The translations under genes and the position numbers were made by a program. A stretch of 64,000 bases of DNA, from positions 14,527-78,526 of the forward strand of contig CAJWXP010000005.1 in NCBI GenBank assembly GCA_913049785.1, written 5' to 3'. The notes under the pieces were generated by a model. It saw only the letters and a program-made list of their open reading frames with translations, was not told the DNA's origin and did no database searches. Every line of letters begins with the position of its first letter. Within the stretch, counting starts at the first letter, position 1. Positions 57,978 through 64,000 of this stretch are shown here, one piece after another. Origin of the DNA: an uncultured Dehalococcoidia bacterium (GTDB lineage: Bacteria; Chloroflexota; Dehalococcoidia; Lucifugimonadales; UBA1127).

Positions 57978-58265
57978 ATGGCAGAGCGAACGCCGCTTAC
58001 CCCGGAAGAAGTTCAGGAACACCTCAGCAAACTACCTGATTGGTCTACCGACGGCGACGCTATAACAAGGACGTTCAGGTTCAAGTCGTACAAGGATGGC
58101 ATTGCCTTCGTCAACGGAGTCGCTAACGCTGCTGAAGCGGCCGACCACCATCCCGACATGGCGCTTGGCTACAGGCGAGTCGTCGTTACCCTGACCACCC
58201 ACGACGCTAAGGGCATCACACAGAAGGACTTTGCCTTGGCAGCGGAGATTGACGGGTTGGTCTAA
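57978..58265 (+). CDS. phhB: 4a-hydroxytetrahydrobiopterin dehydratase (pterin-4-alpha-carbinolamine dehydratase)
   Basis: ATG at 57978 (MAERTPLTPEEV). AEAADHHPDM...TLTTHD motif. The longer track ORF (57819) overlaps the end of dnaE. Confidence 0.85.
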   Translation: MAERTPLTPEEVQEHLSKLPDWSTDGDAITRTFRFKSYKDGIAFVNGVANAAEAADHHPDMALGYRRVVVTLTTHDAKGITQKDFALAAEIDGLV

Positions 58266-59656
58266 GCCTCATCAACCTGCTTGAACTCCACTTTCAAAAC
58301 TCTCTGAGTCTCCGGAGTCACTCGCGCCCAGTGGGCGATGCGGTGTCCCACCACCCAGGCGACGCCCTTTGGCCCTACTACCAGCGGCACACGTTTTCGC
58401 CATGACTGGGGCACGTGGGCGTCCACATAGAAATCCTGGAGTTTCTTGGTGCCCTTAGCAAGCCCCAACGGTTGAAAGCGATCTCCGTTCTGCCAGCCTC
58501 GCACCAATAGCGATTCGCCCAGCGCCTCTGCATCGAAGTAGGACGTGTACGCACCATCGTCTAAGTCCTCCGGCTGCGAAACGACTTCAGCACAGACCAG
58601 CCAGCCACCAACAGTAGTCTCACCGGGAACGTTCAGCTCCTGCGGCCCCGATAGCGGGGGCAACGCGCAGTCGTCCACGCCCGGTGAAAGAACCACAACA
58701 ACGTCGTGTCGCGCTTCCACCCTCACTCCCCCGGGCAGCGTAAGCTCCTTACCTGCAGGCCCTTCCACCAACGCAAGCATGCTCTCCACGTGGACGTGTT
58801 CCAGCCCCGTTGTTGATCCGCTAACGCCCATGTAGGCACGTCGCAGTGCATGTCGTTGAAGCGAGGAGTGTAACGCCTGAAGCAGGTCGCGTTTTAGTAC
58901 GATGCTGCCATCCGACTCTTCAGCCAGATCTGGCCACACTACGTCCAATCGAGCTTCGATGTAATTCAGGTCGATGTTCACTGCCCCTGCTAAGCGACCC
59001 AGGCCCTCGACGACCTTGGGGTTCAGGGTTTCCAGCAGCGGTACCGCTTCGAGTCGAAGGAGGTTGCGGGGTATCGCCGTGTCCAGGTTGGTCTGATCGA
59101 TGATCGGTGTGAACCCTGACTTCCGGCAGAAAGCGGCAGTCTCTGACCTGCGGGCTCCCAACAGCGGTCGAAACAGCTTCAGCGGCACATCGTTGATGGA
59201 CAGTTCACTAAGAACCGACATGGCCCGCAACCCGGTCAACCCTGACCCTCTGACCATGTGCAACAACACCGTCTCAGCCTGATCGTCCAGCGTGTGGCCG
59301 ACCGCTATGGCGTCCGCGTTCTGATCGACTGCTACCTGGGCCAACGCTGCGTACCGAGCGTTACGCGCTGCCCCCTCCGGCGAGCCTGCACCAACGTCAA
59401 CGACGCTTACCGTGCACAGCAAGCCCAACGCCTCGGCAGAACGCCGCACGAACTCGGCATCATCGTGGGAAGTTGAACGAAGTCTGTGATCGACATGTGC
59501 GACGTGAAGTGAGAGGTTCATGGAATCCTGGAGGGGAACCAGACAGTGGAGGAGCGCTAGGGAATCAGGCCCACCGGAGACTGCCACCACCATTCGAGCG
59601 CCACGCAGACCGGACTGTTCAACAGCGGCTGCTACGCGCTTGTGAAGCGTAGGCAC
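58262..59656 (-). CDS. tilS: tRNA(Ile)-lysidine synthase
   Basis: VAVSGGPDSLALL PP-loop and a TilS C-terminal domain. Confidence 0.85.
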   Translation of the reverse strand: MPTLHKRVAAAVEQSGLRGARMVVAVSGGPDSLALLHCLVPLQDSMNLSLHVAHVDHRLRSTSHDDAEFVRRSAEALGLLCTVSVVDVGAGSPEGAARNARYAALAQVAVDQNADAIAVGHTLDDQAETVLLHMVRGSGLTGLRAMSVLSELSINDVPLKLFRPLLGARRSETAAFCRKSGFTPIIDQTNLDTAIPRNLLRLEAVPLLETLNPKVVEGLGRLAGAVNIDLNYIEARLDVVWPDLAEESDGSIVLKRDLLQALHSSLQRHALRRAYMGVSGSTTGLEHVHVESMLALVEGPAGKELTLPGGVRVEARHDVVVVLSPGVDDCALPPLSGPQELNVPGETTVGGWLVCAEVVSQPEDLDDGAYTSYFDAEALGESLLVRGWQNGDRFQPLGLAKGTKKLQDFYVDAHVPQSWRKRVPLVVGPKGVAWVVGHRIAHWARVTPETQRVLKVEFKQVDEA

Positions 59657-60963
59657 TACTGCTCCTCCGGTGAATACTGCTCCTCCGGGTTTACCGGCGC
59701 GGTGTAGAAGATGCGCACCTTGTCCACACGCAGCCCGTCCATCTCTGTGATGGTGAAGGTCACGTTGCCGTGCTGGTACTGCTGCCCCTCTACAGGAATG
59801 TCACCGATCCCCTCAAGGAGGAACCCTGCGACGGTCTCGTAGTCGCCTTCCGGTAGGTTCAGTCCCATACGTTCATTGATGTCATGGAGGTGGATCGCGC
59901 CGTCAACAACAAAGGTGGCTTCGTCCAGGGCCTCCACCTCTTCCTCCTCTTCCTCGATCCTCTCCTGGAACTCCATTGGCCCCATGACCTCTTCACCAAG
60001 CTGCACAATGGTCACCAAGCCGCCGATGCCGCCGAACTCGTCCACAGCCACAACGGCAGTGGAGTCTGCCTCCTGAAGCTCCTCAAGCACCTCTGCCGCC
60101 AGCTTAGTCTCGGGTACGAAAAGCGGTGTCCGGGCGAGCACAGTGACATCGCCGCCAAAGCCGATGCGTTGTATCGCCAGGCCTCGTAGCACCTCGCTAC
60201 TGTCCAAGATGCCCGTGACATTGTCCTGAGTCCCGGCGAATACCGGGTAATGCGACCTGGGGTGGCGCCCCAGGATCGCCAGGAACTGCCCCAACTCCGT
60301 GCCCTTCTCTACCCAGACAAGCTCTGTGCGAGGGGTCATCACCTCACGGACTTGGTGGTCTGCAAAACGGAGGATGCGCTCCATCATCCGTGCTTCCAGT
60401 GAGTCCACAGCGCCGGACTCACGACCTACGGAGATCATGGCTTTGACCTCCTCTTCGGTCACTAAGTCCCTTGCACCTGAACCGCCGAAGGGCTTCAGCG
60501 CAACAGAGACCACCTGGTTCAACGCCCACACAAAGGGCAGCAGCGCTCTTCCAAGGAAAATTACCGGGCGAGCAACGATGAAAGACGCGCTCTCAGCGTG
60601 CCGGACGCCCAGGGCCTTGGGGATAGTCTCACCAAAGACAAGCAGGATGGCGGTCACAGAAGCCGTAGCGGCAAGAACCGCCGTACCCTGTGAATCTATG
60701 AGCTCAACAGCAATCGCAGTTCCCAATGCCGCAGCGGACGTGTTGGACAGGTTGTTGGCCAGCAGGATAGTAGGAAGGAAACGCTGAGGGTTCTCTATGA
60801 GCCTCGCCACCAACTGTGCGCCGGGCACACCGCTACGCACCAAATACTGCATACGTACGCGTTGGACAGAGAGGAGAATGGCTTCAGATGCAGAAAAAAG
60901 GGCGGAGAAAGCCAGCGAGACGATGAGAAGGCCGATATAAAGCGCCACGGATCCTTGTGGCAT
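59656..60963 (-). CDS. CNNM/HlyC-CorC family transporter (DUF21 + CBS pair + CorC_HlyC)
   Basis: N-terminal 4-TM DUF21, then a CBS pair (REVMTPR...), then the C-terminal transporter-associated domain. Confidence 0.85.
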   Translation of the reverse strand: MPQGSVALYIGLLIVSLAFSALFSASEAILLSVQRVRMQYLVRSGVPGAQLVARLIENPQRFLPTILLANNLSNTSAAALGTAIAVELIDSQGTAVLAATASVTAILLVFGETIPKALGVRHAESASFIVARPVIFLGRALLPFVWALNQVVSVALKPFGGSGARDLVTEEEVKAMISVGRESGAVDSLEARMMERILRFADHQVREVMTPRTELVWVEKGTELGQFLAILGRHPRSHYPVFAGTQDNVTGILDSSEVLRGLAIQRIGFGGDVTVLARTPLFVPETKLAAEVLEELQEADSTAVVAVDEFGGIGGLVTIVQLGEEVMGPMEFQERIEEEEEEVEALDEATFVVDGAIHLHDINERMGLNLPEGDYETVAGFLLEGIGDIPVEGQQYQHGNVTFTITEMDGLRVDKVRIFYTAPVNPEEQYSPEEQ

Positions 60964-61116
60964 GGATGGAGCTTCCTCCGGACCAGGGCTTACCCGTTTC
61001 CCGGGTTAGGCCGCGTTCTGGTCACCTACTACTATAACGAAATACTGTGTCCCTTTGGCCGATGATACTAGCATTGCGGTATTACCCTGTAAAGCAGACT
61101 GAACTCACCGTGTCCT

Positions 61117-61755
61117 CTACAGATTGCTCACCCGTGCCCTGATGAGCCGCGACACTTCACGTCGAGGCAATGTAGCGTCTACAACAAGCCATTTCTCGGG
61201 AGCCTGTTGGGCGAGAGAAAGAAAGCCTTGACGCACCTTTTCGTGGAAGGACTGGTCGGATGCTCTATCGTTTTCACCAGGGAGTTCCGACTCAAACCGG
61301 TCGGTGTCCCGTGGTTTCCGGCGCTGCACAGACGCCTCCACCGGCATGTCCAACAACACCGTCAGGTCTGGCAACAGTCCGCCAGTAGCGATGTCGTTCA
61401 ACCTACGAAGGTCAGCAACGTCCAGACCGCGACCGTAGCCTTGATAGGCTAGTGTCGAGTCAGCAAATCGGTCGGATACTACAGCCTCGCCCCGGGCAAG
61501 TGCAGGGTTGATGACCTCTTCCACAAGCTGCGTGCGGGCAGCAAGGAACAACATGGTCTCTGCAAGGGGGGTGATGGACATCGGTCCGTACTTCACCAGC
61601 CGCCTGACGCGAGACCCCAGCCGCGTGCTGCCAGGCTCCGCTACACGAGTGACCGTGTATCCCTGCCATGCGAGGTACACAGCTATCAGGCGGGTCTGCG
61701 TGGACTTCCCCGCGGCCTCTCCGCCCTCAAAGGTGATGAACAGTGGCTGGGGCAC
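61117..61755 (-). CDS. tmk: dTMP kinase
   Basis: FITFEGGEAAGKSTQ P-loop and DRFADSTLAYQGYGRGL. Confidence 0.9.
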   Translation of the reverse strand: MPQPLFITFEGGEAAGKSTQTRLIAVYLAWQGYTVTRVAEPGSTRLGSRVRRLVKYGPMSITPLAETMLFLAARTQLVEEVINPALARGEAVVSDRFADSTLAYQGYGRGLDVADLRRLNDIATGGLLPDLTVLLDMPVEASVQRRKPRDTDRFESELPGENDRASDQSFHEKVRQGFLSLAQQAPEKWLVVDATLPRREVSRLIRARVSNL

Positions 61756-61782
61756 AGGCTCCTTTCGGGCCTACCGATTGGG

Positions 61783-63558
61783 TCACGGCTGAAAGATGAC
61801 CACACGACGCTGCGGCTCCCGGCCCATGCTGGCGGAACCAAGGTTGTAGCGCTCTGCAAGCTGATGCTGCAACCGGCGGATGTACGATGACTGCGGATTC
61901 AGTTCAACGGAAGGGCCGCCCTCAATGACCTGCATCACGGCCTCCTCCGTCTCCTCCATCGCGTCGCCGAGTCGCGCTCTGCCATCGCCGCCCCAACCTG
62001 CGCTCAAGGACTTCAGGAACTGCTCCATCTGCACCTGAGTGTTCTTTCTCAGCACGTAGATAGGCAGGCCCTTCTCCTGGGCGTAGTGCAGGGACTCTCC
62101 GCGATTTCGATAGTGGGTCTTAGTGGTCAATACCATGTCCGCTTCCTGAACACTCGGAGCGATCTCAGCACCGATGCCAAGCGTGCGAGCAGTGTCAAGA
62201 AACCGATCTCTGCTCACCCCGAACGAGAACACCTTGGTGGTTTTGGGCGAGATTACCGGGTTCGCTTCACGAAGCGGTATGGTATCCCGTATGGGAGAAT
62301 TTCTCGGAGCGATCGGGACTGCAGCGGCAATCGCAGGCCTCGTCTGATGCCTGTTCGATGAGCCACGTCCCCTTGAGCCGCCACGTCGATTGTCATAGCC
62401 GCCACTGCCTAAGCCTCCGCCTTCTTGAGGAGGCGCCACAGTAGCCAACGTCGATGGTTCGCCGATACCCTCATGAACCACGCCTTCAGCGTCCAGCCAT
62501 CGAACTTCCGGGCTAACCGGGAAGCCACGCAGGAGTGTGTCAACGGTGGTGGCGACTTCTGAGTGCACTGCAACCCGGTCCCAGGCTTGTATCTCCACCA
62601 GGGCGTCGAATGATGGCGGCGCTTTACGCTCCAATACACTCTTTTGGCTACCTCGCCGTCGAGCCTCTTCATCACCCAACGTGACCGTCTGAACCCCGCC
62701 CACCAGGTCGGAAAGCGTCGGGTTCAACAGCAGGTTCTCCAATGCGTTTCCGTGGGCTGTAGCTACAAGCTGCACGCCACGTTCTGCAATGGTGCGGGCA
62801 GCGGCGGCGTCCTGCTCCGTTCCGATTTCATCGATGACAATGATCTGCGGCATGTGGTTCTCCACCGCCTCTATCATCACGGCATGTTGCTGGGTCGGCG
62901 TCTTGACCTGCATACGACGCGCGTTGCCGATGGCCGGGTGGGGAATATCGCCGTCGCCAGCGATCTCATTCGATGTATCAACGACGACCACACGCTTGTG
63001 AGCCTGGTCTGCCAGCACTCGGGCGACTTCACGTAGCATGGTTGTCTTGCCTACACCCGGTCGGCCAAGCATCAAGATGCTCTTACCGGAGAGAACGAGG
63101 TCTTCAATGATCTTTGTGGTGCCGAAGACCGCCCGGCCAACCCTGCATGTCAGGCCGATGACCTTGCCGTTGCGGTTGCGCATGCAAGCGATGCGGTGCA
63201 GTGTCCGCTCGATGCCGGCACGGTTGTCGTCGCCAAAGGGGCTGAGTCGAGAAATGACGTCGTTGATCTCGTCGTCAGTGACATCCTCGGCATCCATGAA
63301 CTCTTCTCTGTCGCGGAACCGGGCCTGAGGTGGTCGACCGAGGTCAAGGATGATCTCAATCAGGTCTTCCGGGCTCCCAAGCTCCTGCAGCCAGGTCTGA
63401 ACCCGTTGAGACAGCACATTCAACAACGAGTCTAGGTCATCCACCACCACTTTCTGAACGGCGGCGGCTTTAGGATCAACTATCTGGCTATCGCTATCAC
63501 GCTCCTGGGCATCTGCCTGCTCAGGACTGTATGGGTGCAATGGCAACCTCCCCAGCAA
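61783..63558 (-). CDS. AAA ATPase with C-terminal R3H domain (Ycf45 / SpoIIIAA-like)
   Basis: LEIILDLGRPPQARF, MLGRPGVGKTT Walker A, IVIDEIGT Walker B, a Gly/Arg-rich linker, and a C-terminal R3H-like region (...QHQLAERYNLGSASMGREPQRRVVIF). Confidence 0.7.
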   Translation of the reverse strand: MLGRLPLHPYSPEQADAQERDSDSQIVDPKAAAVQKVVVDDLDSLLNVLSQRVQTWLQELGSPEDLIEIILDLGRPPQARFRDREEFMDAEDVTDDEINDVISRLSPFGDDNRAGIERTLHRIACMRNRNGKVIGLTCRVGRAVFGTTKIIEDLVLSGKSILMLGRPGVGKTTMLREVARVLADQAHKRVVVVDTSNEIAGDGDIPHPAIGNARRMQVKTPTQQHAVMIEAVENHMPQIIVIDEIGTEQDAAAARTIAERGVQLVATAHGNALENLLLNPTLSDLVGGVQTVTLGDEEARRRGSQKSVLERKAPPSFDALVEIQAWDRVAVHSEVATTVDTLLRGFPVSPEVRWLDAEGVVHEGIGEPSTLATVAPPQEGGGLGSGGYDNRRGGSRGRGSSNRHQTRPAIAAAVPIAPRNSPIRDTIPLREANPVISPKTTKVFSFGVSRDRFLDTARTLGIGAEIAPSVQEADMVLTTKTHYRNRGESLHYAQEKGLPIYVLRKNTQVQMEQFLKSLSAGWGGDGRARLGDAMEETEEAVMQVIEGGPSVELNPQSSYIRRLQHQLAERYNLGSASMGREPQRRVVIFQP

Positions 63559-63604
63559 GGTCTGTTATCCACTTCAACAGGGGTACCCCCGTTTTGAAGG
63601 TGAT

Positions 63605-64000
63605 CTACTTCTTTGGTGCTAAAACCTGGTTGGCGATTTCCACAAAATATGCATGGAAGCGAAAATCATTGGTGAGTTCCGGGTGGAACGCTGTTGCCAC
63701 CCTTGGCCCTTCCCGTGCAGCGACGGGCGTACCGTCAGCCAGCCTCGCCAGTACTTCTACGTCCGGCCCCATATCCACGAAGCCGGGTGCCCTGATGAAG
63801 AACGTATGCATTGGCGGATCACCCAAGGTGGGGATATCCAGATCCGTCTCAAAGCTCTCCAACTGGCGCCCGTATGCATTGCGAGTCACAGTGATGTCCA
63901 TAAGCCCCAGGGGTTCAGGTCGGTCCTCGACGAGGGATTTCGCCATAAGGATCATCCCTGCGCAGGTGCCCCAGACCGGCATCCCTTCGCGCACTCGACG
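63605..64000 (-). CDS. pdxT: pyridoxal 5-phosphate synthase glutaminase subunit PdxT; N-terminus beyond window edge
   Basis: PVWGTCAGMILMA (catalytic Cys) and AFHPELT. The frame is open to base 64000. Confidence 0.85.
   Translation of the reverse strand, partial: RRVREGMPVWGTCAGMILMAKSLVEDRPEPLGLMDITVTRNAYGRQLESFETDLDIPTLGDPPMHTFFIRAPGFVDMGPDVEVLARLADGTPVAAREGPRVATAFHPELTNDFRFHAYFVEIANQVLAPKK

Noticed and set aside
1-64000. A scan for CRISPR arrays, rRNA genes, IS elements/transposases, integrases, prophage genes and toxin-antitoxin pairs.
   Set aside because: I found no regularly spaced direct repeats, no rRNA-like conserved stretches, and no ORF with DDE, tyrosine- or serine-recombinase, capsid/terminase or classic TA motifs. 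Short or divergent elements could have escaped a manual read.

Overview
A 64-kb, gene-dense, GC-rich chromosomal segment; hand counts of 60-nt lines in core genes give roughly 63-68% GC. Nearly all of it is housekeeping: scattered aromatic amino-acid genes (aroE, aroC, fused aroK-aroB, DAHP synthase-aroH-trpA), serine biosynthesis (serA plus a class-V aminotransferase), a yceD-rpmF-fabD-nusB-acpP cluster, replication and repair (dnaE, radA, tmk), translation and RNA modification (tyrS, tilS, rsmG, rimI), cofactor genes (ribF, pdxT, cofE, larC, larE, phhB), a MoxR-DUF58-transglutaminase operon, an ECF sigma/anti-sigma pair, and several oxidoreductase, amidohydrolase and TPP-enzyme genes. The gene content (F420 cofE, an LLM oxidoreductase, a REP-like FDKL/SLSNHE element) suggests a Chloroflexota-like bacterium, but that is inference only. 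I saw no CRISPR array, rRNA, intact tRNA, transposase or integrase. The standout is an AT-rich insert of about 1.6 kb (40985-42580). It encodes a small 4-TM protein translationally coupled to a 2-TM-anchored Ras/Arf-like GTPase. The GTPase reading frame is broken by a -1 shift at a U_UUU_UUA heptamer and by an in-frame TGA. I treat it as a candidate horizontally acquired conflict or defence-type module that I cannot assign to any named system. Other oddities: a tRNA-Gly(UCC) 3-prime fragment with its own terminator fused to a truncated MMPL transporter gene that still has a tandem palindromic operator; in-frame TAG and TAA stops in two further, otherwise intact genes; a REP-like inverted repeat; a possible SD-sequestering hairpin; and a probable leaderless rsmG. 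All functional calls come from my own reading of the translated ORFs and motifs. No database search was run.
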